Below are positions 25,479-40,961 of a stretch of DNA of 64,000 nt, piece by piece. The DNA is taken from NCBI RefSeq assembly GCF_009914755.1, contig NC_060934.1. One strand, given 5' to 3'. This DNA comes from the human T2T-CHM13v2.0 reference genome, Homo sapiens. The position numbers and the translations under genes are program-made. A model generated the notes under the pieces. It saw only the letters and a program-made list of their open reading frames with translations, searched no databases and was not told the DNA's origin. The first letter of the stretch is position 1, and each line of letters starts with the position of its first letter.

Positions 25479-25551
25479 CTGCAATATATTCCAAGCAACA
25501 TAGACAGAGGCTCCCACATCTGGATTTTTTTTTCCTGTAAAAATAAGAAGA

Positions 25552-25866
<315 letters not shown>

Positions 25867-27884
25867 ATTGAGTCACAGATTTTGTAAAAAAAAAAAATTA
25901 AAAATATTTATTAAGATTTATATTTATTTGAATCACCTTTTAAAATGTCAAGTGGGAAAATGAGATTTTTTTCCATCAAATACATTCCTTCCTTCCTCCC
26001 ATTCCTCCCTCTCTCCCTCCCATTCTTTCTTCCTTCCTTTTCTGTATTTTAAAAAATATTTTTAATATAAGTAGTGTTTTTAGTAGTAAAACAGAGCCAA
26101 CATTTGTATCCGTCCAGTAAGCATTTTCCTAGCAGGAAACATACAGGCCTGTGCTGTTTCCATTCTTAAAAAGATGGAATGAATAATACAGAGGCTAGAA
26201 GGAAGTCAGGCACGGGAGAAAGTGAATATTAGATTCAATTTCCTCTATTAGGTTTCATGCCTCTGAGCTGCTGCGTTGGTGAATGAAGACCTCTAAGCTT
26301 TTTACTGCTTTCCCTTTATGAGGTTAAATTGTATTTTTTCAGTATTTCACCCCAATCATGTGCTGTAAATCTATTCTTACTTTAAGAAAGAACTCATTCC
26401 ACAATATATTTGCTTGACACAAGCCTGGGATTAGGGCAGTTTGCAAAGATTTGTTCTCCCTGATTTTTTTTTTTTTCCCTGTGAGTAAGTAACAATCTGG
26501 AGAGTAGTTAATGGAGTCGGTGACTCAGCTCACTTTGCTGTGGTTTCTGCTCTGTCATCAGCATGGATGTCTGGTCATTTTCGTAGAAACCAAGGAGAGT
26601 CCTGGAAGAAATGATGAGGTAGGTGTGGTCCTCCATCTCCGAGATGCTCCAGCCCAAATTTCAGTTTAAGATTATTGTGCTTTCACAGTTGCTCAGATAA
26701 AACAGTTTTCACTTCCCACAGACTCAGTGTTTAAAAATTAAGCTTCAGCAAGAGGAATGTTTTCTTACACAATTCTCTAATTCAACTTGTTTTCTCTCTC
26801 TGTATAGAAAAACCCTGGAGCAAAATACTTTACCAAAAAAGGACAAAATAAGGCTTGTGACTGCAATTTAAAAATTGTTAAAGGACACCGTTTCATAGGG
26901 AATAAATGAGAAGTGGGTAATGACTGTTTATTTGAATGATTCAATGCAAATTCCCTGGAACAGTAAATCTGGCCCAGTTTGTTTAAAGTAGAACATGTTT
27001 GACCTGAAACTTCTCGGAAATACAAATATTTTGTAAGGTGAGATCTGATTTAATAGATTTCTCTTTCATTACTTTTATTCATATAAAAACCAGAGAGTAT
27101 TGTGACATTCAAAAATCAAGTAATTTGATATTAAAACCACAGCAATATAAATGACAAAAACAAGCCGTTCTGAGAGGCAAAGCAGCACTTGGTTTCCTAA
27201 GCCTGTAAAACTACTTGCGTTCGCTGGCTAGATTGAATTTTCTAAAACTACACAGTGATGTTTAGTTACTAGTTAAATGGTTTTTATAGAAATCTAGTTA
27301 GAAAGTGCAATTGAGTTGTGTCTCTTCATTGCTATTTTCAGTTAAGAGCTTCTTCCAAGGGCCAGTCTGCACCAGGTGTAAGTATTGGAGCTAGTAGGGT
27401 GATCGATAGCAATTGAATGATTAGTTGAGCCTCTGAAGTTACTCAAGCAACTATTTTAACGTTACAGATTTAAGAACATTTCTTGCTGCAAACGTTTGAT
27501 CACAGGAGTCCATAGCTGAATAGGTGTGAGGCTAGGAGTCTTTTGGATATAGTAACCTTACTGTCAATCATGTTTTGCTATATATATAGTTACACATGGA
27601 ACATAGCCATGTATAAAATGAATATTTGGTCCTCACAGTGAAGAGGAAAGTGCAGTCATGCTTTGTGACTTAGACACCTTATTGTCATCATCATCATTTT
27701 TGCAAAGGGCTTTTATCCCACCTTTGGCTGGAGCCTGGTGTGCCCCCCAGGGTGATGGGCTTGTCCACAAATCTCTGGTCTTACTCATTTTCCTCTCGTG
27801 GCTAAAGGCTCAAACATCACACACGGAGGCAACAGACACAAGGAAGACAGTATCGACCAGCATTTGTGAACATATGTGTCTAAG

Positions 27885-28550
<666 letters not shown>

Positions 28551-29204
28551 TTAGCCAGTTTGCTGTCACTCTCTTAGCCCTCTGGTTCTGGCCTTTGTGA
28601 GTGAATGTGAATAGGAAGAACATGAAAGGAAAATAATCCTAATATCCCATAGTAGTTCCCCATCCAAGCACCCTTTCTCTTCAAACCTCCTAAAGCTTCG
28701 ACAACCACCTGGTGCTCATGATCTCCTCTCTCATCTCCTCAGAAGACACGGTTCTTGGGTCTTCTCTCTCTTATTCTTCAGAATGAGTCTTCCCTCCAGA
28801 AACTCCTCTGAGATTTGGCTGTGGTCTCCCACGCCCTGTCAGGCAGCGACTGCAGGCTTCTGTGGTTCTCGTTTCCAAACCTCAAACCATGAGAGACATG
28901 GAGGCTCTTCGAAATGATGGTGACACTGCTCTCCTGGGGAGGGCTGGACATGGATCGTCCTTTCCCAGCTCCGCTTAATCTGAAGCAGGAGGATCTGGCT
29001 GAGGGCTGGGATGAACTTCAATCTGGTTCTGCCGGATACAAAATCGACTGAGAAATGATGCCACCAACCAAAATGGTTTCTGAAGTTTGGGAATGTAAAC
29101 ATTTTTTTCCTTCTTTTAGAGATTTTCAGATAATGGAGTCTGGTCCCTCTGTCCATGGGCCATCAGCACCTGCAGTTCACACCACACTTTCCAGGGAAGA
29201 AGGC

Positions 29205-30080
29205 ATCTACAGCACACCACCCACTGCAGGAACAGTGCAGATTCCCACATCTACAGCACAGCACCCACTGCAGGAACAGCACAGTTTCCCACATCTACAG
29301 TGCAGCACCCACTGCAGGAAGAGCGCAGATTCCCACATCTACAGTGCAGCACCCACTGCAGGAACAGCGCAGATTCCCACATCTACAGCTCAGCACCCAC
29401 TGCAGGAAGAGCGCAGATTCCCACATCTACAGAACAGCACACACTGCAGGAACAGTGCAGATTCCCACATCTACAGCTCAGCACCCACTGCAGGAACAGC
29501 GCAGATTCCCTCATCTACAGCACGGCACCCACTGCAGGAACAGCACAGATTCCCACATCTACAGTACGGCACCCACTGCAGGAACAGCGCAGATTCCCAC
29601 ATCTACAGCACAGCACCCACTGCAGGAACAGCACAGATTCCCACATCTACAGTACGGCACCCACTGCAGGAACAGTGCAGATTCCCACATCTACAGTACG
29701 GCACCCACTGCAGGAACAGCGCAGATTCCCTCATCTACAGCACAGCACCCACTGAGGGACAGTGCAGATTCCCACATCTACAGCACAGCACCCACTGCAG
29801 GAACAGCACAGATTCCCACATCTACAGTACGGCACCCACTGCAGGAACAGTGCAGATTCCCACATCTACAGTACGGCACCCACTGCAGGAACAGCGCAGA
29901 TTCCCTCATCTACAGCACAGCACCCACTGAGGGACAGTGCAGATTCCCACATCTACAGCACAGCACCCACTGCAGGAACAGCACAGATTCCCACATCTAC
30001 AGTGCAGCACCCACTGCAGGAACAGTGCAGATTCCCACATCTACAGCACAGCACACACTGCAGGAACAGTGCAGTTTCCC
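29205..30080. repeat. 44-bp minisatellite (VNTR), about 20 copies
   Basis: Unit ctacagcacagcacccactgcaggaacagcacagattcccacat; periodicity 29251 to 29295; two 43-bp variants 175 bp apart. Confidence 0.98.
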
Positions 30081-31234
30081 TTGCGTCGCCCAGCATATGC
30101 AATCCCCACTGCACGGAAGTCACCTGCACAACGCTGGAGTTGCCAACGGTTTGTGTTTCTAAGTTCCACTTGGGAGTTAGATCTCATCTTTAATAATAAT
30201 AGTTAAATCCTTGTTTCGTTCAAGTTTAAATGTGTATAAACTCTGAAATTCTATTTTTACAGATAGCTACAAAAGCTCACAAAATATATCACTTCAAATC
30301 CCTACATGTTATGTCTCCTGGGCATACAAACTACATTGATGGTAATGAACTACCAGAGTTTAAATCTTATGTTTCTTCTAAATAATGAACTCCTGTTTGT
30401 CAACCTGTATTTTCACTTTTTTCTATACTCCTGTGCAGTGTATTTAAAGAAAGAAATATGGAAAATAGTGAAAGACATAGAAAAGAGTGGTCTATCACCA
30501 ACCTTCCCCCTTCCTCTCTTGTATATTGGAAATCTCCATCTATGTAGCCCAATTACATCTCTTCATTAGTCTGATTTGGTGTTACTCACTTTTAAAATAT
30601 AGTTGTTTGCAAAGTCTGAAAATTATCTTGAAAAATGCAAATTTTTTAATGTGTACAATTCTATTTGTGCTAAATAAATTTAGACCTTTCTTATATTCAA
30701 CATTATTGTTGGAATTCTGTCCTCAAAATCTTCCTTCAAAAACAGTTTTTCTGTGCATTTCCACTGAAAGTACCCTCACCGCTCCTCAGGCTGAGCTCAG
30801 TCATTCTGCACTTGGAAATCTTAGCCAATAGATTAAGAGAGGTTTAACCAAAATGTACATATGACTGAACAAATTTTCCCATCACAGTAAGAATGTTTAT
30901 CAACCTTTATTAAAAATAGTAGTGTCTAAAATAGTGAACCTAAGGTAATGATGCTTTTACATGCACCATGATCTTTCAGCCAAAAAATATTTTCACATGA
31001 ATGACAACTTGGTTAACAATACCTGTAGTGTATTCTTTTCTTTTAAAGTTATTTTAAGGAGAGTTTGTGATCTGATTTCATATTTGTATCAGTTGATAAT
31101 TTGGGAAAATCGCTTTAACATTTGGGATTCACCTGATATGGAAGACTTGTAACTTCTCATTTAAGAGTTGCTGGTCTCTTTCCTTATGAACACAACATCA
31201 TGCTGTAGAGTGAGAGTGAATGGTAGGGGTAAAT

Positions 31235-31852
31235 CCGCCCCTCCACTCATCCACCCACTCATCCAGACATCTACCCACCCATCCACCTATCCATCTATCA
31301 ATCCGTCCACCCATCTACCCACCTATCCAACCATCCATCTATTCCCCCATCCGCCCCTCCACTCATCCACCCACTCATCCACACACCTACCCACCCATCT
31401 ACCTATCCATCTATCAATCCATCCACTCATCTACCCACCTATCCAACCATCCACCTATTCCCCCATCCACCCCTCCACTCATCCACCCACTCATCTACAC
31501 ACTTACCCACCCATCCACCTATCCATCTATCAATCCATCCACCCATCTGCGCACCTATCCAACCATCCATCTATTCCCCCATCCGCCCCTCCACTCATCC
31601 ACCCACTCATCCACACATCTACCCACCCATCCACCTATCCATCTATCATTCCATCCACCCACCTACCCACCTATCCAACCATCCACCTATTCCCCCATCC
31701 ACCCCTCCACTCATCCACCCACTTATCCACACACCTACCCTCCCATCCACCTATCCATCTATCAATCCATCCCCCCATCTACCCACCTATCCAACCATCC
31801 ACCTATTCCCCCATCCGCCCCTCCACTCACCCACCCACCCACTCATCCATCT
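31235..31852. repeat. (CCAT/CCAC)n-derived 116-bp higher-order tandem repeat, about 5.3 copies
   Basis: Unit starts at 31235, 31351, 31467, 31583, 31699, 31815. Confidence 0.96.
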
Positions 31853-32739
31853 GTTGGTCCATCATCTTCCTATCTATTAATCTACCCATGGACCAAGCTC
31901 TTCAACTTTTTTTCAACACTGCAGAGGATTTTGCTTATTTTTTCATTTAAAAATATAACCTAAAAGAGAAATAGCAGAGAAGTGCTGAAGGTTAGAGAGC
32001 TAGAATCAGAATCAAAGTCTCTGAGCACAACCAGCCCATTTTTCATCAAGTCTAATAAAATAATTTGAGTACTTCTGCTTTCCTGAAATAAACAAAAATT
32101 TGATTTTCAACAAGCTACATGTTGATAATAAAGTTCATAAATCCTCTTCCACATTAAAAGGACACAATTTGAAATGGAGACACAATGGTCAGCTCTTAGC
32201 TATCTACATACCGAAGATTTATTTCCAAGACCCGTAAAAGAGCGGCACCCTTTGGCTCTTGCAAACACAGATGTCGATCATCACTACAGCCTGCCTGCTC
32301 ATTGCTGGTTACACAGAACAATCTCCTCTGCTGTTTTTAGAATCTTGAGCTACTTCTGTTATTTTTTAAAAGAGTCAACAGCTATTTTACAGTTTTGTTT
32401 TTTAGGAACAATTTTCATTATATTTTACTCTCACGGACTTTTAAAAAATGATTTTGAAATGTTCCAGTCTGCCTATGGGCTGGCATCAAGAGTCAGCAAA
32501 GTCACAGACCTCCCACACTGTGAGATCAGACTAATGCTTTGTGTAATTAGCCAAGGGATACAAAATATTTACAAAAGAGACCTGACTTTGCAGACAGGCC
32601 CAGATGCAGTCTACTTCCATCCAGCTTCTGGTGGTCACGAAATTTAGAGCAGAGACATGCAAAATTGCTGTTTCCCTCATCTGTGAGAGGCGGGGCCCAG
32701 CCAAATCTGAGCTCAATGTTTGTGGCAAAAATGACCGGG

Positions 32740-33036
<297 letters not shown>

Positions 33037-33645
33037 TCTCTAGATGTGCAGACCTTACTGAACCATTCAGGAAACAAATACACAATGCATTTGCTTGTAT
33101 TTAGAGGAAAGCTTATAAACATAATGTTTTCTGTTTTCTTAAGCTGAGACTTGGGTAGGAACACAGTGGGAGGGAGCTGAGTCCACAGCCAGGAGAGCCT
33201 GAATCTACTGCTTGCGGCTTTCCAGAGTCCCAGGGAACTGTTTCCTCCAACTTAGCCTCTGGCTTCGAGTTGATGCCCTTTTCAATGAGGTATCCTGAGG
33301 AGCAAACCCATTCCTTCAACCTGAAGTGCCTCTCCTTGCTACTAAAATAGACTCAAGTAGATTGCAGTTTATAGCATTTTGTAGGTCTTATTTTAAAGCC
33401 CAGTTGACAATGGTTTTAGGAATTAAAACAGATGTGACTGTAGAATTTTGATCCTAAGCATCTACTGTTGGTCCTCCCAGTCTGATACAGCTCTGTCTGT
33501 AGACAGTCATCCCGGGTCTAGCCCTCACTTTGAATGACTTGGTTTTATAGATTAGTCCACAGTCTCAGATTTAATTAAGCATACATTTCAAATGAATAGA
33601 CATACATTTAATGTACACACATACATGCCTTTAATGTTCAGATTT

Positions 33646-33979
<334 letters not shown>

Positions 33980-36293
33980 AATGTTCAGATTTGGTGGAAC
34001 ATACATACATACAGGACATATGAGAAACCTCCAAGCTATGTGGAAATCCACACGTATACTGAGAAACTTTCAAACCAAAGAGGGCAAAGCAAGGGAGGCT
34101 GCGGCCTGTGGAGAGACCAGGCCAGGACTGCCAGGCTCCTGGGGCCTTGGAGGCACTCGGGAAGGGTGGGTTTCCTGAGCTTGCTCTCCAGAAAAGCTTT
34201 CCTCTTCCTCCCAGCCCAGGTGAAGCAAATCTCTCAAACAGGATGGCCTCAGGGTGAGCAGAGCCACTGGGCCGCAGGGGATCTTTCCTGGACTGTTGGG
34301 GGAACTGACAACCTCCTCACGGGCACGATGGGAGTCCCTTCTTTGAAAAGATCCCAGTGATTTGGTTTTTATATCTGATCTCTTTAGAAGCTCTTGCAGC
34401 AAAGACTATTTTATTAAACAAACTTTTAATGCTCTTTTCAAAGCCCAGGTTATTCCTTTAGTCTTGTGTGTGTGTAAGGAGTATCTTACCTTTCTCCTCT
34501 TCTTCATTTTCTCTTTTATTCCATACACTCTCTTTTTGCAAAGCGGTTTATATATGTCCTTATGCTTTCTGATGATTTTGGGAGGAAGATGAAAATATCC
34601 TCCATCAGAATCCAGAAGAGAAAAGGGAAGCAGAGAAGGCTCAGCTGTGGACACTCAGGTCCCCCCAGGGCTGAGGGGAGCTCTCATTCCTGGTCTTCCT
34701 CATTCCCCAATTTTTCTAGGCTTCTTGTTACCATGGTTACTCCTTGTCTGGTGGCATGAGGAGATGTCAGAGACCATTTTAGTGTCTATTTTGCCTCATT
34801 TTTTATCTTCATGAAGGATGGGTAAAGAAATACTGTCCCGAACTCAACAAAACCTTCTCAGGATCAGGGCTCCACCCTCAGACTTGGAATTCTGTGATGT
34901 TAACCCCTTCTGAGAGGTGATGAAATGTGTCCTTTTAAACTGTCTTCTGGAAAGAGATGTAGGAGGGACCGGAGAGACTGGCAGCAAGGCTTTTGCCAGA
35001 ATAATGTTAACATTGAATGTGCACAGGAAGAGACCGGCATGAGTGAAACTGTGACGCAGCTGTCTACTTCCCGGCTGTAAGGTGAAAATGCACCTTCCCA
35101 CAGGAGGCCCTCCCTGGCCCGGCCTGGACTCACCTCCCAGGCGGCGTCCTTCATGGAGGAGGAGCTGAAGTCTGCGGGGCGGGGGCTTTCATCCTTGTTT
35201 ACGGGTCTTAATTCGTTCCTCAAGTGCACACTGTTCAAGGAAAGGATGTGTTGCCTCTGCAACCATGGTTTTCTCATTCAACGCCTACCCCAGGACACAC
35301 CAAGGGAAGGACAGAGCCGAGACCCAGACAGGCTGGTGACAGCAGTGCAGACACATTTCCAGGTGGAGGGTTTGCAGCCTGCTCTAACTTAATGTTCCCG
35401 CTCCCACACTCCACTCCCAGTCTGAAATGCATTTCGAGGAGAACAAGTAAAACCTGCCCTCTTAGAGTTCAAAGTTTCCCGGAGACAGCTGAGGCCGATA
35501 GCTTATTGTTTAGGTAAGAACAACAGAACAGAGAGGCAGAGGGATTCCCGAGGTTTGCGGAGCGGATCGGTAAGGGTGAGCCCCGAACCTGTCTTCGCTC
35601 AGTTCCATAGTCGACAGCCTCCTTACCTACTGCAAGTGTCCAGAAAAACCCGTTTAGAGGACAAGAGGCTCCGGAAAGAAGCCTGCTCAGCTGCGGTTAC
35701 TAGTCCTGTCATAAGTTATGTGTCTTGAGTGGACCATAAATTTGCACTAAAAAGACTCTCTTTCCTGTACAATCCATGCTTAGCCCTAATTGGCTGTAAA
35801 ATTCATTCATACCCACCTTGTGTGTCACTCAATTAAAATAACTAGCAACACCACAGGACTCGAGGGCTGCTGGAAAAATGCAGGCACCCAGTGGGCTGGG
35901 CCTAAAGATGTACATTTTTCTCCCAGTGATAGCAGCTCTTGGGAAGGAATCGAGGAAAAACCGGTGACGTCTTGTTCTGAGCATCCACATATACACTGGA
36001 GGGGTTCTCAGCCTCCAGGCATTTCCGGCATCACAGGGCAGGACATCCTTCAGCTTATCAGAGTCTACCAGTGAGAAATAACACCAACCGTGCAGAGGAG
36101 CCGTGGACACCAGCATCCTCATCAGACTATAGTCCTCCCTCTGTCCCTTTCGTTGGTGTGGTCCTCCCAAGTTCTGTTTTAGCTCCTAACTTCTGTAAGC
36201 TAGCTCTTCCCGTTCAGTGATTAACGGAGATTCACCCTAAGTCTCCTGGCCATGTTTGCTTTCAGCGATTGTGTTTTTAAAAATGTAACTATA

Positions 36294-36599
<306 letters not shown>

Positions 36600-37729
36600 C
36601 TATAGAAGTCTTCCTAGAAAATGGAAAATGACAAGAGAGTGTACTTTATCCTGGTGTGAAGTCCCTAAGATTTTAATGGAGTCCTAGAGACCCCATGTTA
36701 TCGAGTGCTAGCGAAATGGCTGTGCTCTTAGCCAAGACAAAACGGACCGACTGGATCCCAAGCTATGTAGCTGGGTTAGCAAGAGGCTCAGATAGCGTCC
36801 TTCACTGACTGCCTGCAGAATGATGTGATTTTTTAGCAACCAGGTGTCAGAAATCATGGGGGATTCTTACACAAGCGGTGGGTGTGTCCCCTCTCACCCC
36901 AGCCCTGGGGTCGCCCAGAGCGGGGAAGCAGGGAGCATTTCCACCTGGGTCTTTCCTCTCTTATTAGGTTTTCAACAGCGTCATCAGCTCTTGGGAGGGG
37001 GGAAGAGAGAGCGTGTCCATTTTAGGTCCTTCCAGAAAGACCTGAGTGGCGCTATCGTGCTTCGGCAATGTGTTTCTTTTGACACTTCCTTGCTGTGCCC
37101 TGCAAACCTTGAGTGTGTTTTCGGAGATGATTCTTTAGAGACCTTGTCTCTAAAAAAGAGAGAGAAATGAAACCATCCAAGTTCATAATGCTGTGTTGAA
37201 GAGAAAATCACGAGGTGCTGTACGGGTGTGTAACAAGTTCTAATCTGTACTGGGATGTCTGAGAAAATGCCATTTAAACAGACACCTGGAGGGAGGGTGG
37301 ACGGCTGGCCCAGGGGGTCCCAGTAGCTGAAAGCAGTGTAACTACAGGCCTTAAGGAAGGGGCATGGCACACCCAAAAAGCACAACACCCCCACTTTAGG
37401 ATGGCAACACCACTGCTCCGGGACTTGGCATTTCTGTGACTAAACTCCGGCTCAGCAGAATGCAGTGGAAGGGGTTGAATTTGGAGATGTGGTCTGGGCA
37501 CAGTGAGGCCTCATGCGCCTGAGAGCAGACTGCAGAGGGCCATGCTTGTGGGAAGTGAGGCAGGCCCCAGGGCACTAGGGGACATGGTCAGCCTTGTCTG
37601 CTCCGCCCCCGCGACACTCCCCCTTGAGGAGGAATGGCCGTCAGTGAGAACCGGCTCCTAGTCCTGGTACAGAAATTAACCACGTATGCCGTCTGGGGCC
37701 AGGGAAAATCTAACAAAAGCTTACACAGT

Positions 37730-37945
37730 TCCCTGCACCATGCTAAGTACCTCCTACACAGGATCCTATTTAATTTTCACAACCACTTAGACGAGGCGGT
37801 TACTTTTACCATCCCTATTCCCTATTTTCTATAGGAAAGCTGGGTCTGGAGAGCCTGAGACCTCCGGTCTTGTGAGCCCTCCCATTCAGCATGAAGCAGG
37901 GCCGGGTCTGGAAGCCAAGTCCACCTCGAACCCCATGCTCTTGGC
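37730..37945 (-). mobile_element. MIR
   Basis: ctatttaattttcacaaccac..ccctatt..gggtctggagag antisense MIR layout. Confidence 0.5.
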
Positions 37946-39494
37946 CAGATGGTTCTTGAGGTCCCTTTTGGCTTGTTTTGGTTCAATTCCAAATTAGAGC
38001 CCGCCCCGCTGGTGTCTCTCTTGGTGAGAGTTATTTCAGTGCTGTGGGTGTTTTTCAGGCAGCCTGGTAAAGTGACCTATGTCTGTCTTCCTGGTTCTCC
38101 ATCCAAACCTAAACAAGGGGACGGAGGTCTCTCCTAAAGATTGGCAGGAAAGCAAAACTCCTCAGAGAGGCCTGAACTCAAAAGTGCTATTCTTTTTAAA
38201 CAAAGGTTGGACAAACTCACAGTGCACATTTAAAAAGTTAAATCTGATATAGCCGGAGCAATATTTGTTTAACTACACTAAGTGAAAGATGATTTGGCTG
38301 AGGGACCAGGGAGAGACCTTTTATTTGATCTGATTTTACATAAACATTTCTGCACACAGAGGCTCCTGGACCTTATCATAACCATCATTGGATGTCCGCT
38401 CAGGGGATCCTTCATCTTCGCTCCAAATGTCATTTCTTAGATGCTGACTCCAGAGCCCCTGGTGATAACTCAAGTTTATTCCTTATCAGATGCACCCAGC
38501 TGTAGACACAATACCTGGAGACTGGCTTAGGTAGATTTTTTTTTTCTCCAACAAAAGTTTGCAGACGGAAAGACGTGTATGAAAATGCTCTGCAGTGGAG
38601 GGGCTATCGAGAGATGATTTTTAATCGTCTAAAGTGAAGAGCAGCACTTGGAAGAAGGTGTCTCTCTTGCACATTTCCCTTTGCACTGGCTGCATGGGAA
38701 GCCACAGGACTAGTGATGTCGAGAAACTCACCTTCAGCAAGTGTGAAACTCGTATGTGCTCTAAGGGACCTGAGGAAATGAACATTTCTTCAAATAAACC
38801 ATAACTCAACGGATCAGAATGATCCATTAGCCTGCTTTTGCCTGCTTGTTGCATATTTAGGAAACAGAGCTCAACCTCAGGGAAAACAGGTCGTGTTAGG
38901 GGCTGATGTAAGAAATCATGTCGAGTGTATTTCCCCAGGTTGGTGTTTATGGTGTAGACTCCCGCTCCACATGTAATTTAAAGGTTGATGAGATTTATAT
39001 TGGGAATGACAAGGCAAGGTACTGGGTCATCTGAAATCATTAAAGGGATGTTGGTGTGGGCTCACTGACTTCTGTTTATGGAGACAAGGAATAAGGAAAC
39101 AAGCTCATATTTTATATAAAGAATTTCACAAGCCAATGGGAACAATTCAGTAATGCTTCTTTAGCCAAGGCGCTATGACTTGAATACCCGGCTCTATTAA
39201 GCTTATAAGAAATCAAAGTTCAGGAGAGAAGTTAGAGCTTTGCTGCACCACACAACTCTGGAAGCTCCTGGAATATTTTCTTAGAAGAAGGAGAAGGAAG
39301 AGGAGGAAGAGGCAAAGCAAAACTAAAGTACAGTCGGTAGCCTTTGCAGTGCAGGAGCCCACAGTTGTGATGTGCAGATCTGGCTTCTCCAGGGGCGGGG
39401 CTCAGGCACTTATGAATGAATTGGCTTAGAAGCCTCTACTGTGAGGTTCTGGGTCTGTTTATCAAACCCATGCCGGAAACGTCGGAGTTGTTAA

Positions 39495-40070
39495 TAGCTT
39501 TGGAGTGAGACATACCAGGGTTCAAACCTTAATTACATCAGCTGCTAGCTGGGTAACCTTGGCAAGTTACCTAAACTAAGCTGGGTAACCTTGGCAAGTT
39601 GTCTAAATGAAGCTGACCTCTGTCAACCTAAATAACAAAGAAGGAAACTATCTAAAGGACAATGGTGTTTATTCGGGCGTAGGCATTAAGATGGGCATGT
39701 GTGTGCCATGGTAAACTAATTGCTTATCCAGAGAAGTAAAAAGAGATAATTTTTTTTTAAGAAAATGAGGATTGCAGAATTGTTTTGAGATAATTATCCT
39801 GGGCCACAAGGATCAATAACAAGGGTGATGCCTGTCTGAGGCTGGACAGGCAGTTGCTGGCAGATGTCCTGGCAGAAGTGGTTTTTTGTGAAAAGTTGCA
39901 ATGCCTCACTCATGAGAGCCCTCCCTCCATGGCCTTCCCCAGCGTGTCAGGGTTTTAACATAGGGAACTCCATTTGGATTCTGAAAATTTTCCCTCATGA
40001 GGTTGCATGAGGACTAAACGCAACAGTGGGTATGAAGGGCTTGGTATAGTACCTGGCTCGTGTGAATTAC
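39495..40070 (+). mobile_element. MIR split by an LTR
   Basis: gctttggagtgagac..gggttcaaa..aaccttggcaagttacctaa [LTR] atgaggttgcatgaggactaaa..tagtacctggc. Confidence 0.65.
39621..39992 (-). mobile_element. ERV1 solo LTR (MER93-like, family uncertain)
   Basis: tgtcaacctaaataacaa..gagataattatcct..ggacaggcagttgctgg..ctccatttggattctga; 4-bp TSD cctc. Confidence 0.75.
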
Positions 40071-40199
40071 TGGTTAGAGAAGAGATGTAGGAAGTCAAAT
40101 AGGATAAGTAAAAGAGGACTTGTCAAAGACTACTGGATTCTTTGTAGTATGAATTCTTCTTTCTCCAACTTTGTATGTTGGGACTTCTGTCTTGGCAAG

Positions 40200-40550
40200 T
40201 ACAACACTTTGCAATCCTCCTCACAGCTAGGAAGGGCACAGGACTAAATTCTGACCAATGGACAGGACTGCCTTAAAGGAGAGCGTAAAACCTGCCCCCT
40301 GCTCGTCCTCCTGGCTGCTGTGCGGAAGTGCTGGTTGGCACCTGGGCAGCCATTTTTTACCATGAGGCAGAGCAGTGAGTGAGATGAAATGAAGGAGTCT
40401 GGGACCCTGATGCCCGGGAAGCCATCACCCCAGCCCAGCCCTACCACCTCCAGTCTCGTAGCTGTGTGGGGGAGATACCCTTCAATCTCCTATAAGTCAT
40501 GGGTTTTTCCTGTTTGTTACATTCAACCCAGCAAAATTCTAGCTGATATT
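40200..40550 (+). mobile_element. MLT1J/K-like MaLR LTR, degenerate
   Basis: gcagccatttttaccatgagg..aaggagtctgggaccctgatg..ctagctgata. Confidence 0.6.
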
Positions 40551-40961
40551 CAAGATCCCTGAATTAGGTAGTTCAGCTGAGCTCAGGAACTGGAAGAGCT
40601 GACGTAAGTGGTGAGGTGGAGGTGGCCTCAGGAAGAGGTGGAGCTGATGATGGACACCCTAGGAGAGGAGACACTGTGAGTTTCTCTTCCTGTCCGGGTG
40701 AACTCACTCCTGATGCACTGGCCATCTTGTTTTCTGAAAACTTCTTTCTCTTTGGTCCTATTTTAGACTCAGAGCAGTTTGGGAGGCAACTGGTTTTATT
40801 TGCACAGTTATCACCTGTTCCAATGAAGAAGAAACACAAAGATGTGCTTCTGTGATTTGAAAGTTTATCCAGGATTCAGGCTTTTTAGGAGTCTATGAGG
40901 GTATTGCTTGGCTGAAATTCTCCACATTGCCACTGGTTACTTATTATCGTTTCATCCACAT

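Noticed and set aside
29147-29170. REST RE1 half-sites (CTGTCC and TCAGCACC)
   Set aside because: Orientation and spacing are non-canonical
31168-31963. Pro/His/Ser-rich ORFs of 247-260 aa (extensin or mucin-like)
   Set aside because: Produced by the CCAT-based repeat, which lacks stops; no exon context
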